A DNA stretch of 64,000 nt, from positions 1,302,001 to 1,366,000 of the forward strand of contig AP026124.1 of assembly GCA_030295235.1 (NCBI GenBank), read 5' to 3'. The notes beneath the pieces are model-generated. The model had not been told where the DNA came from. It saw only the letters and a list, made by a program, of their open reading frames with translations, and ran no database searches. Below are positions 36,326-48,769 of this stretch, one piece after another. Positions within the stretch are counted from its first letter, which is position 1. Every line of letters begins with the position of its first letter. This DNA comes from Fistulifera solaris. Taxonomy: Eukaryota. The position numbers and the translations under genes were made by a program.

Positions 36326-37272
36326 GATAATTACTTAAATTAATTAAAGAATACTGTAAAGACCGGCAAAGGGGACAAAAAGTGAGCGAAACTTTCATTT
36401 TGGCCGAACAAGACTTCCGTTACAAAGTGTCGTTTTTCCCATACTCCAATTGACAATCGTACACAAAACCAAAACGCTCTGTTTCATTATTCATTCGCTA
36501 TAAGCTTGAAATGCCTTACCTTGAACCTTTACAAGGATGATCCTGCCGCGACAGCGAGTTGAGACGAACTGTTGCAACCAAACGAGTTTTTGGTGTTGTT
36601 GCTCCGTGTTTTCTTTGTAGTAAAGCGGTAAATAAGTCATCCTTATCTCTAACGAAACAGAAATAATGTTCTAACTATGATGTATGTTGTTCTCCGTGAC
36701 GGACTGGTGAAGACTCATGACTAAAATGCAGTCGTGGCGAAAAACGACCAACACTTTGAGGCAATAGTAAATAGTAACCATAGCGACACGAGGCTTTCCG
36801 GCATAATTACTTCAAATATGTATGCATGCAAAATGTTGCTAAGAATAATTTGACTTAAAAAACAATAAAATTAAATAGGATAGTTATGTATTATTGTTTC
36901 CCAACAAACTAAGAGAAAGAGCAAAATTCCGGTCGCAGTCCAGACCAAAAAATCTGGTTCATGACGACCCTCTGGTAGGTAATGTTCATAGTACACTTTG
37001 GATTTATAGTAAGTATCGACGACAACGATCCCAAGATTCAATGCCTGCGACCCAGAGCTTTTCCACGCAATCAATCGTAGGACACCCGTTTTCACAGATC
37101 AATGCCAACGATCGAACCAATGCCAACAGTCCCCAATGTTTAGAAAAAGTACGGTACCAGTACCGTACCTGAGGTATTGATGATTGCGTTCAATTGCTTG
37201 GAATGACTGTCGCGTTGCATGTGACGCGATGAAAAAATAGTACAAGTATAGGACTGGAAACAGTCATTTGTA

Positions 37273-37604
37273 CAGTTAACAGCCGTTGCAAAAGTCTGTT
37301 AATTTAAGTATTCATGTACAGAAGGGGTTATTCAAAATATTCAAATCTATACTATTTGAATTTTTTATCCCTTTCATGTAACGGAACATTGGATTCTCCC
37401 GCCACTCATACATAGGGTTCCTTCGAGCAGTCCTTCCTAAGATGTTGGCTATTTAACGAAAAACGTGGACCGCATTCACACCTAGACGAACGGGGCGCAC
37501 GTCCACCACCTTGGGAAGGCACGGTATGCGACGAGACAACGAAAGCATCAAATCGATTTCACCCTTTTGTCGTTACGAAAAAAGAGATTCGTAGTTATTT
37601 CAAA
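37273..37604 (+). promoter_or_regulatory. WEE1 upstream region with clustered Myb/MSA-like (YAACKG), CHR-like (TTTGAA) and E2F-like motifs
   Basis: CAGTTA 37273, CCGTTG 37283, TAACGG 37379, AACGG 37489; TTCAAA 37331, 37340, 37599; TTTGAA 37355; TCTCCCGC 37395. Function is inferred only. Confidence 0.4.
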
Positions 37605-37730
37605 GATCATTTTCGTCGTTACCACTAATATATTAATCTTATTTCTGTTTCGTTTAAGATCAAGGAAGGAGCGCATAGTAGTCATCATCGCACATTTGAG
37701 GTTTTGATCGGTCACAATCTACTTGCAGAA

Positions 37731-40142
37731 ATGGACAGTCAAATGAACGAAAAATCATCATTGGGCAATAATCTCACTTACGCCGACAACGGGGACATGG
37801 TAGACAGTCAATTTCATAGCGATGCTGATACAGTTATGATGGATGACAACTCGGTCGGTCGTGCTAGTCCTATGCGGTCCTGGAAAGGTCGTGCCGTTCC
37901 GTCGTCTGTTTGCAATTCTTTGTTCCCATCTGAGCGAAATAGCATCAGGGGAACTACTCCGTCCAGTCCATCGCACAGAGCTGCTTCTACTCCTAATTCG
38001 CGGCGTCTTTTTCGTGATGATAGCACCGAAAACAGTGAAAGCAGTCTTCAGGATATGTTAGGAAATTATTCGCCCTACAAAGGCTACAGGAATAAGAACA
38101 CAAGACGCGACACGCTTGAAACGCAACATACAGCCGGAAGTGACATGTCAATTCAAAGTACCCACGAGTTTACAGTGTGCAATTCCCCTTGGGCATACCA
38201 GAATAACTACAGACGGTTAAGCAGAGATTCGACCGGAAGTGCTGCTCCTGCAACGATATCTCGGAAACGAGCGTCTACTGAACGGCGTCAGAGCGATGCC
38301 CCGGAAACGCCTTATAGACGAACACCAACCCGTAGCACGAATCTTTTCAGCGGTTCCACAAATGCTCCGGACACAGGGTCCAGCATGATGCATTGTTCCC
38401 CTCACATGTCCCCAAACTCGTTCATGACCATCGACGGTCGATTCGTTCAATCTAAGAACCCGTTCAGCAGTCCAATGATGCAGTGGGATGAAGCTGAAAT
38501 TACTCCTCGACAGGCGGCTGCTGCAGCGGCGGAAAAGCAAGAATATCAATTGTCGGCGCCTCCTTTCCCGATGGCATTTGGTAGCGAAGAGGATGACAAG
38601 AACATCCAGCAATACCTCCCTCCACGACGGGGAACCCGACGCTCATTTTTACCTCCTTCTCTGGAACAGATCAATGGCGGATTCCCCGATCAAAGGTTCA
38701 GTTTTACAGGCTCTCCAATTGCCGAGAGCAATGGGGCGGACGATGCTGAATACAGCCCAGTTAGAAATAGAACGAAACCACCGGAATCAATGGAAACGGA
38801 TCTCGCCTCATCTGGCAGTTTGCACAAGGTTCGACGTCTCTGTCTTGAACATGACGTAGTGGCGGCGACAGGTCAGCATGTTCGCATGTCGTCGAACAGT
38901 CATCGCAATCGCCGGCCTCCCGCCATTGACACCGGGTTGGATAGCGACGAAGACAACAAAACAGCCGCAAGTAATATGTCTCTTGGTTGGGAACATTATG
39001 ACGGAGTCAGCCCCACTGACATTCAAAATTTCCCGCTCGTTCCACCAACGCCCATAAAACAGAAGAGAGGGCCTCCACAACCGCCCTATGCACGTCCTCG
39101 AAGCAGCAGCTCAAATGAGCACACCGAGCAGAGTTCCAAATCACGGTTTCACGGAGATTTCGATATCATTTCAGAGTTGGGCAAGGGAAGTTTTGGTTGC
39201 GTTTACAAGGTTTTGTCACGTTTAGATGGGTGCATGTATGCGATCAAGGCAGCGCACAGACAAGCAAAAGGTCGTTCGGATCGGGATCGAATGCTACAAG
39301 AAGTAAGTACTCTGCTACCATGTATGGCGCTGCAAAGTCTTCACGTCTAACTTTGTTTTTATCAGGTCTACGCATTGGCAACACTATCCGATCAGGCAGA
39401 TACTGCTACCTTTCACATTGTTCGGTATCACCAAGCTTGGATGGAGGATGACAGGTTATATATACAGACAGAACTCTGTACTGGGACGTTATTGGATGAA
39501 ATCAAGCGAAACGGCAGTCTTTCAGAGCCAAGAAAATACAAGTTGCTTCGCGAAATCCTTCTAGCTTTGGCATTTATCCACCGAAACAAGATGTGTCACT
39601 TGGACATCAAGCCCGAAAACATCTTTCTTAAGAACGACCAGTTCAAGCTCGGCGACTTTGGTCTCGTTACCATGGCCTCTGCTTCGCAAGACGTCGAAGA
39701 AGGCGATTCAAGATACATGTCGATGGAGCTTCTATCGGGCGATCGATCGGACTTGACAAAAAGTGACATTTTCTCTCTTGGGATTTCCGTTTATGAATTG
39801 TGTCTCGGTCAACCTCTTCCTACGAGTGGTGAAAAGTGGCAAGATTTAAGGGCTGGCCGATTTGATCAACTTCCTGGAACGAGCGTGGAACTGAATATGT
39901 TGATCATACGAATGATGAATCCCAAGCCCGATCAGAGGCCTTCGGCGACTGAACTTTTGAAACATCCTAAGTTACTCAGTGACGAGGAGAAAGCATTGAT
40001 TCGCGAACGAGACAAGGTAGCTGCAGCAAACTTACAGCTTCAGGCTGCCCAACAGTTTCATCAATTTCCACCACCTGCACAACAACTAAGGAAGAAATTG
40101 ACGCGGGCAAATACTTGGAATGGCACTCTTCCCAATTGTTGA
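37731..40142 (+). CDS. WEE1: Wee1-family CDK-inhibitory kinase
   Basis: Long SP/TP-rich N-terminus; SRF..DF....ELGKGSFG.VYKV..RLDGC.YAIK, IVRY..AW.E...LYIQTELC, HLDIKPENIF, KLGDFG, EEGDSRYM. Intron ~39303-39365. Confidence 0.93.
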
Positions 40143-40235
40143 TTCGTTCCATACTAATATTGATCAGGAATTCATGGAGTGTAAATACATAAATAGGCCT
40201 AAAGCAGTAAATAATAATGGTTTTACATAATCATG

Positions 40236-41151
40236 TTATCTTGTCAACATTGATTGGCTTCTTGCAACGAATGATTGAACCATGCTAGGGTTTAGTCCGC
40301 ACACCGCACTTTGTAATAATACATTGCTAGCTTTCAATGTATTCTCAGCCTTTTCTATAGACATGAGCTCGATTGGTCCGACAAAATCCGTTCGCGCTCG
40401 ACCTCCCAATGAAGCATACCAAGAATGCCCCTGACTCATTCGTCTCATTCCTATCGTTTCATAGGCAAGTTGTACCCGTCCATACTCTTCTTCTTTATCG
40501 GCAGCTCGATCCGGATGGTAATCAAAGGAAAGACGCCGATACTTATGCTTAATAGCTGCGTCGTCGTCATCATGGGCCACGCCCAAAATCTCGCGCTTGA
40601 GCCGTCGTCATGGCGACGGATTTGGCATCAATGACTGCATCATATACATACTTGTAAAAGGAATCCGCTGGTTCTACACTGTATTCCATGAGATTTCGTG
40701 GGACGGACTGAAAGACACGTGAACCCTGTATCGCCAATTGACTCAATTCACGACAATAATACGAAGCCGCCGCGATGGGCAAGACGGAATCTTCCTCTGA
40801 ACGAGCGAGTACCAGCTGAGCGACAGGTATCCAGTCGGGTACAATCGAACCAGCTCGCGCCGCAATCACGTATTCCGATGTCATCAGGTCATCGTCGTCG
40901 TCGGTCTCTTTGCGGAGTGTTTTGGCGTTGTTGAGTAAAAGTTCATCGTACTTTTTTCCTAATCTTAAAAGTGAGGCATTGACATCGTAAGGTGTCTTCT
41001 TTACAGTTCCCGACTTCTTGTTCTTCGTGGCCATGCCCATGCCTGCCCACAACGACGTGGTAGACGCCGATGCGGAAGGGGAAGTGACATGGAATGCCAC
41101 TGCTTCATGCGAGCACAGTAGCAGGAGAAAGATCGATGCAAAATAGTTCAT
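40236..41151 (-). CDS. Plastid-targeted DnaJ (J-domain) protein
   Basis: Signal peptide plus AVAF; J-domain AR.ILGV...IK.KYRRLSFDYHPD...VQ.AYE after a frameshift near 40585. Confidence 0.8.
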
Positions 41152-41679
41152 TGCAAGCACTCTTTCTTCGTCTTGTGTAAGAAAAGTTTTAGTCAACAAT
41201 TTCTTTGGTGGTTATTGTTGCAAGAAGCAAGAACGTATTGAAAAATACGATGACGACGATGAAGGAAAAAAGGAAAAGAACACACTCAAAGGAGAAAGGG
41301 ATGGTTCGTGGCAAAACGGAAGACATGCAGACGCGCTGCTCGTGCCGCCGCCGTTCTCGTCTCATTCACGATTCATTCATGACTGAGTAGATAGAAACGG
41401 TAACATACTACATACTCCACAGTAAAATTTCAACGCATGAAAAGTCTATCTTTGTGTAAGCGGCAACTTATTTTGGGCACGCAGTCCCGGCATCGACAAC
41501 GGATGCATTTCGACCTCCTGAAAGTTGCAACAAAACTACGCTGCGAGGAGGAGTTTTACTGCAACAATGTATCGTTGATATACTTTTCGATCAGTCCTTT
41601 CCTTTTAAATATACTCTTTAAATTACTTGTCTTCCGTCGCTCAAGATGAGTATGTGGAAAACACCCAGTGTGTTTGACA

Positions 41680-43256
41680 ATGGCGATCGGCGCAATAACC
41701 TTTGCAAAGCAGTCGATTGCGTGCCCCCAAAGGCAGCCCCAACGGCGGAGCGAAACGCCGACGAAGTCTACAAGAAGATGCCATGGGATGGTTTGCTCGA
41801 TATTATCACTGGTTTATCTTATCAGTCTTGCTAACGTTTATTACTTTGCATTGGCTATTGGAACTCGAAAAGAGTTTAGCCAACAATGAATCCTTACCGG
41901 AAGTTTTCATGTCGCCTCCTCCGCGTGTCGAACCTTTGACTCACGGATCTGTCTCTGCCTTTGGAAGAAAGTACAACCCGAATGTTTTGTTAGATCAAGA
42001 TACTATTGCAAAGAAATCTCAAAAGAAAGAATTGTCGGTGTCATCGTCTTCGAATCAGGTATCACCTTCGCTACCGTCAGCGGAACCGTTCATTCCCAAT
42101 TATACACCCACTTCGTCTCGTCCCCTGCGAACTATATTCCTCGGGCGCGCTGACGAGAATCATCCCTTTTCACAACTGCCAGTACGTCGCGAATACTATA
42201 TTTATGATCAATTACTGGATGGTTTGGATCGATCCCCGTTCTTCAAAGTCGTGCAAGCACATATGTACAATCCACTCGACTGGGCGATTACTTCAAAAGA
42301 CTTTCATTCCCTGCCGATCGATGAACCTACTTTAATTGTTGTTGATTGGGCACCGCTGCAACGAGATTGCCATGTTTTGGATCAAATGCTAGAGGGTCTA
42401 AAACAACTCACGGAGCGAGAATATCTACTTGTTGTACGTTGACGTTTCACCCAGTACCAAGACAGTGACATGTCCTGTTCCTTTGATTCCAAAAGAAAGA
42501 ACACGAGTTGCGAAACGAGGTATCATTGAAGGTCGCCACTGGAATTCGGCGGGAAAATGGGTCGAGCCTGGAGCCATTGCTTTTCCAGAGAATGTTCTGC
42601 ACTTTCCTCATTACCTACGACAAGAGTTTGTGGATATCATGAACACGATGGAAACAAGACGAAAGAATGATATCGCTCACTTCTGGCGCAAGGGAGATTA
42701 CAGTCATTACAGTCTTTTGCGACGTCGCGTTGGTCAAATCTTGAAGGACTATGATGGAAAACATACCGACAAGCATTTGCGCATCATCATTCGAACCATT
42801 GGAGATGAAACATCGCTTCCTTATGACGAAATAGAGCCCGATTATGTCGAGGCTTTATTGTCGACCAGGATCGTTGTCATTGCTCAAAGAGATGAATGGG
42901 AAGATCATTATCGACTCTTGGAATCGCTGGCAGGAGGAGCTTTGGTGTTATCCGATGAGATGTTAGCGCCACCTCCTGGTTTGCAGAATGGCACGCACTT
43001 GGTATTTTATGACTCATCCAGCTCATTGCGCAATCTTTTGGACTATTACACCACGCACGCCGAGGAACGGGATGCCATTGCGGCGAACGGTCAAGCGTAT
43101 GCTCTCGGTACGCAGCGTTCATGGCATGCCTTGGAGCGTATCGTATTCGGTGCACCATTGACTCAAGTGGATTCTATAGAAGACGAAGCACCGAAACGAA
43201 AACATCCCTTCCACACCCATATTCACCACCACGATGACGACAACGAAGACTTGTAG
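41680..43256 (+). CDS. Type II membrane glycosyltransferase (GT-B, CgeB/Glyco_trans_1_2-like)
   Basis: N-terminal TM anchor; Y.EALLSTRIVV.AQRDEWEDHYRL.ESLA.GALVLSD and ERD.IA.NG..YA motifs. Frameshift near 42430; the start is uncertain (41680 with a frameshift, or 41783). Confidence 0.7.
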
Positions 43257-43707
43257 AGAAATAACCGCGGTTACTATGATCTAAACAAAGTCAAAATAAT
43301 AAGATTTAATACAAATACAACTTCCAATGATATTAAATCATGTTTCTCTAAGAAACGCATCGCCGCCCCTACACAGATGAAATCAATCCATTTTGCCTGG
43401 CCTTTGCCGCGTTTTTGGTTGCCATTTTTACCTTCGTAAAAGTCTTGACCGCCTATTTTGTCTCACATCAGTCCCGCAACATCCATAAAACCATTAACAC
43501 CGATACAATCATCTATCTATCCACAACTATAATCAAACATCATTGACTTGACTTGTTGCGTAATGAATGAGTCGCATCAATTTTTAAAACTGTACGGAGT
43601 AGCTAGTAAGGTTAGTGTCAACAGAAGAAGTTTGAGGCTTTTCGGCAGTATGTTTTCATGCTCGCACTTCAAAAGCTACCAGAACATTGCACTTCTCCTA
43701 AAAACAC

Positions 43708-43964
43708 ATTTGTGGCTCAACAAGCTAGGAGAAGGAGCGATAATTACGCAGCCGTCTCGTTAGAGGAAGAATATTGATTCATGACTGAAATCATTTTAGC
43801 CCTACACTGTACTCCGTAGTTGCGGAACCTTTTCGACATCATTAATTTATATGTATTTCCAACGCGAAATGCCACAGAAAAAATTTTTACTCAGTATTGT
43901 TGAAAAATATTTGTGGCTCAACAAGCTAGGAGAAGGAGCGATGATTAGGCAGCTATCTCGCTAA
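43708..43964. repeat. Intergenic ~55-nt direct repeat, two copies about 201 nt apart
   Basis: atttgtggctcaacaagctaggagaaggagcgat[a/g]atta[c/g]gcagc[cg/ta]tctcg at ~43708-43760 and ~43909-43961. Confidence 0.9.
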
Positions 43965-44401
43965 AGTTCATGACGAAACTTTGATATCTTGGCGTTCAGC
44001 GCCGTTGATGAGAGTCTTGAGACGATCGGTGGTCCCCGCTTGTGTCTGAATCATCAGACAGGAGCCCTGCTTTCACTAATCCATGGAGTTCATTACACAA
44101 ATTTTAAGAAGGAACTGTCGACTCGTTTTTACAATACGCTTTGACTCTGATGCTTGATACGAGGTACCAGGTAAAGGTGTGACAGTCGTGAATTGCCGTG
44201 GCAGCACTAAAACAAGATGACGTCGCACCACTGTTATGCTTGAAACTGGTAATAATGCCGCGTGCCGCGTGGAACTGCAACATCGGATCATCACCGGATA
44301 CAAGGTACGGACTGCCGAGTTGCAGAGAAAAGCAATCAATCAATTGCAAAGATATCTCTTCCTGGAGTATTTCAATCATATAACAAGCAACCTCTTCATT
44401 C

Positions 44402-46707
44402 ATGAGTCGAGTGATTAGTTTAGTAACGCTCTCCGTCGCTGCTTTTGTCGGCACGGAAGGATACAGTGATAGTTCACGTCCGCCAGCGTTTTTCCACCGT
44501 ATTGTCACAGAAAAAGAGCGCAACGCGACAATAGAACTAGCGTTGCAAAAATTGGCTGTTACGAAGTCGCATGAAAGATACGAACGGCAACAATTCACAC
44601 GAAACATTTTTTCGAAGTTGCCTCGCGGAGGATATCAAGACAATGATGCAATTGACAAGGTTGACACGGAACAAGGTGGATTGTCTCTGGAACAGAAAGT
44701 TCAAAGAGCCATGCAGAAGCTTGGAATTTCACCACCCGTGCCTCCTCCGCCATCTGAGACAGCCGCGGAAGCCGATAATTGCGTGGATGGAGTTTGTTCT
44801 ATCCCTGATGCAAAGACTGACGTCCCACCGAGGGAACTTCCACCCGATCCCCGCGAATTGGCGGAATCCATATCCAAGGAACTTAACGTCGATGTTTCAT
44901 TGGTATGGGCAGCACTAGCGGCAACGTCCACGGGGTCGTCTGATGATCAGCGTGTTTACAATGTGCAAGAGGCTCGTGAAATGATTCAACAAGAATTAGA
45001 CATTATTAGTCAGGTATCCGAGGATGCGGATGCCGTCAAACAGCTCACCGCGGAAGGGTTTAATCCATTTTTGAGTCGCCGTGCCTTGGCTTTTGCTGAA
45101 ATGGACTTGGAGAACGCGAGGGCTATTTTACTGGCAGACCAGGAAGATGAAGAGACGAATTCAGGAGCGACGCAACCTGTGTCGGCTTTCAAGACGGTAG
45201 CCGTCAATACAGATTTTGATCCGACCAAGATTGATGCTCCCGAAGCAAAAAAATCGCGAGAGCCGACTCCGGCGAAAAAATCGGACGTGATTTTCGAAGC
45301 TACTGCATCGCAAATACAGGAACTCGTGCTGGAATCACCCGTGCCAGTTTTATTGGACGTCTATGCTGACTGGTGCGGACCTTGCAAGGCACTCACACCA
45401 GTATTGGAGGAAATGGCTATCAAATCAGGTGGGGCTTTTCGCCTCGTAAAAGTCAACTCAGACAATGAAAGGTCTATTGCGAGTGGCGCTCTCCAAGTAT
45501 CGGCTTTACCGACTGTGTTTGGAGTATCTGGAGGGAAGATTCGTCACCGCTTTCAGGGTATGCCTCGCAGCCAAGAAGTATTCCAAAACTTTATGATGGG
45601 GCTACTAGTACCTGGGCAGGCATTTGACCCTCCCGTCACACCAGCAGAGCAGAAGGAATATGATGAACTATCTGCTAAATTAATGCAAGCTGCTGGAGGC
45701 GCCAGCTTTTCATTTGGGTCGAGAGAACGTCTTCAAGACCGTGTTGTTGCGCGATTGGAAGATCTTATCCAGCAAGCGGATGGGGATATTTTGGAAGCTG
45801 AAGGTACGGCACAAACAGTGCGATCCTTACTCTCCAATGTTATTCAGAATCCTCTGGAAACAAAGTATCGCACAGTTAAGCTCACAAACAAACTGATTGC
45901 CGCGAAGGTAGGCAAATACAAAGCTGCCTTGTCAATCTTAAAGAGTGCTGGTTTTCAAGATAACGGTGATGTTATGATCCTTGGTGCAGGCAAAAACATT
46001 ATCAACGTCGCCCCTCTGATATGTGCTCGCGACTGCATTGATAAATGGATTAGTGAGAAAAGGTATGAAGTAGCGAAAGCAACTCGTAAGCGCCAAGATG
46101 AGGAAGCACGGCAAAAGCTGTTAGCCGAGAAGTTGGAAACGAATCAGGATGGGGAAGAAGATGCTGAAGATGAAGAAGAAGCTGTTGTCGATCCAAATGC
46201 TTGCACATTGAAGGTACGGATAGAAGGCAAAAGAAAGTCCACTCTCTTGACTGCCATGGAGATGACCCCCTGAGCTCTATGTTTGAAAAAGTCCCTTGGT
46301 TCGCCGATTCCCAATCGGGACAAGACGTTCAAATCACATGCGTCGCTAAGAAATTGGTTGTCAAATCTTCAGATTCAGCAGCGATGTCCAAATCATTGCG
46401 CTCGCTTGGGCTCATGCCGTCCGCCTCAATCGTTCTAAGCATTGTTGCGGACAAGAAAGAAGCGTCAACAAGCAATCTTGCAGAACGGGCTGCAGCAAAG
46501 AAGAGAAAGAGAAAAGGAAGCCATACAATGCAAAGCGTGGGCATTTATGCAAAGGATGATCATCTGAAAGGCGAGCTCGTAGACGGAGGTGGCGGAGTGC
46601 TCTATGAGCAGGATGTCACCGACGATGAGGAAGAAGCCGACGAGAATCAGGATGGCGAGGCACCGAAAGAAAACGAAGACACAGTGTCAGAAGAAGAAAC
46701 GGAGTAA
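44402..46707 (+). CDS. Signal peptide + UBA + thioredoxin (WCGPC) + PUB + ubiquitin-like/UBX protein; probable periplastid sPUB-type Cdc48 cofactor
   Basis: Signal peptide and LPRGG; UBA (L.AEGF......RAL....DLE.A..IL); PVLLDVYADWCGPCK; PUB (LLSNVIQNP.E.KYR.VKL.N...L..AGF); UBX-like SL..LGL.PSA.IV. Frameshifts near 46230-46270. Confidence 0.8.
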
Positions 46708-46801
46708 CACGTAGTATCTAGCTAATGATCAATAAGAACAATGTCTCATGTACAAAGTTTGAAACGAAGTAGACTTCTTAAGAAATGAAACCAGCTCAGA
46801 C

Positions 46802-48324
46802 TCATTCTGCGACACGGCGAACCAGCCCGCCCGAAGATAGATCCATCTCAGGCTGTACTAGTGCTTGCAAAGCACGTTTCAAGCACCCGATGTTATAATT
46901 GATCAGTCCTTTGCGACGGAAGTTTTCTGATCGAGTGATGCACACCAAGGCAAGCATTGTATCCACCTCTTTCAAATAAAGCACCTAAACAGAACCATTG
47001 TTATTCAGTGAGAATAGACGTTGGAAAATAACAACTCGGCAACAAAAAATAACTTTGCTTACCATTCCGTTACTCAGTCGGATCACACTAGCACTTTCGT
47101 TGTCGTAGGCTGAATCTTGATCGACAATCTCTTCCTCCAAATCTCCTGCGGGGACTTCACTCGTCAAAGTATCTGCTGCCACTGCAGAACTTTCCGATTT
47201 ATCTTTGCCTTTAGCCGCGTTTGCTGCTGCTCTTATAGCTTCATGCGATGGACCAAGCCCATAGATACCGCTAACATCAAGAACTACATCGATCATATCA
47301 GAGCAGAGCTCCACTGAATTTAATAGAATAAAGCGACTGAGAAATTGTTCAAGTTAAATGTTGAAGTTCTCTGACGTTGACTTACCACTCTGCATATCTG
47401 CTGGTCCAGTATCTGTACTGATGTAAAGCTTTGAGACAACTGAAAGAGAAATTAAACATGTCAGCAACTCAAGCAAGATGAAAGTGATACATTCATCAAG
47501 CAACTCACCATCAAACAAATAAGCCTTCTCCATTGAACATGTCGAAACCATGACGTTCAAAAGGTTCTCTAAAGTGGGTAGTTGCGGAATGAGTCGTTGC
47601 ACAACGCGACTCAGCGCTTCATAAATGGAATGATCGTAAATACTTGTCAAGTGATACCGAATGCTGATGGAGTCGGGGCTGACGCCAGCTTCTGCCAGTT
47701 CGTCGGTAACTTGGGTCATGACGTCTCTACGACAATCGTACTTTGACTCATCCGATAAAAACAACTCGCCGTCCACCTTGTTGATAAAGACTTCGATTGC
47801 TGTGTTTGGATTAACCTGTAACGCCGCCGTGACTGTACTGGTCAAGGATTGCAAGACGTGATCGTAGGGTTCATCCTGGGCATCGACTACAAAAATGAGG
47901 GACGTCCTCCCTCCTTCAAAATCCGAAGGTTCATAGTAATCACCCGGAAAGTCGTGAACGACGAATCGGCATAACGGAGTGTGATCTACCAACGCTCGTT
48001 CTAATCCTTGCGTAGCTTCGAGGCGAAAAAAGCGTCTCGTGTGGAGACATTTTTGAAACACAACTCGCTGCGAGAAGAACAAAAAATGAGTCTCTCTTTT
48101 CAGTAACACTTCTAGTTCAACGCCACGAAACTTACCTGAATACTGGTCTTACCCGCTCTCCTTGGACCCATCAACATGACTCTAGGCAGTGACGCGATGG
48201 CTGGATCGTCAAAATCCACCTTTTCCTCCGCATGGTCAACGTCATCGTCGAGAAACAGAGGACCGTCGTTGGTCGCTTCTCGATCCAGGTTATCATACAC
48301 ATCATATTGACCGTAGTCGTTCAT
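46802..48324 (-). CDS. RRAGC: Rag C/D small GTPase (Gtr2), TORC1 amino-acid signalling
   Basis: LMGPRRAGKTSIQ|RVVF.K..P.ETLFLE.T, DFPG, FVVDAQD, FINKVDG, YHLTSIYDHSIYEA.S.VVQ.LIP, ELCSDMIDVV.D.S.IYG, KGLI.YN. Four introns and one frameshift near 48025. Confidence 0.93.
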
Positions 48325-48769
48325 TTTTTTACGCGTTTAGTGATTTAACGGAATCGAAAGGATGTATAAGGTATAAGGCAATACAATTTTTATGATTCGA
48401 TGATTCGATCTTCAAAATGAATGAATGAAACGCAAAACAATTAAACACGGGACACGCGATGCGATACGCGGCGAGGATCGCGAATCGCGACGCTTGAAAA
48501 AAAAAAAGACTTTCGAGTTCGTATCGAACGATCTCTCTAGCTAGAAACTATACTTCGTTAAGTAGAGTTATCGTAACGGCACTCAGGTCACTGTTTGACA
48601 TTATACGAAAACCTAAACGACGTCGAGAGTTATGATAAAAGGAGAAGAAAAAAAGCGGTGCGCGTTCGTGCGATGAGCAAAAGAGGGCTGACTTCTAATC
48701 AACTTCAGGAAAGCAAGCTTGTACGTTCATGCGACACTCTTTGCTAGAAACAAAACGGTAAAGGATAGA

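Noticed and set aside
36354..36519. snoRNA in the RPL31 5'-UTR intron
   Set aside because: No convincing C/D boxes or H/ACA double hairpin visible.
36871..37095. 74-aa ORF with a C-terminal hydrophobic stretch between RPL31 and WEE1
   Set aside because: GTG start, no homology recognised, and a length compatible with chance.
44005..44050. C/D-box snoRNA (TGATGA...CTGA)
   Set aside because: Only about 45 nt, with no terminal stem and no recognisable rRNA guide.
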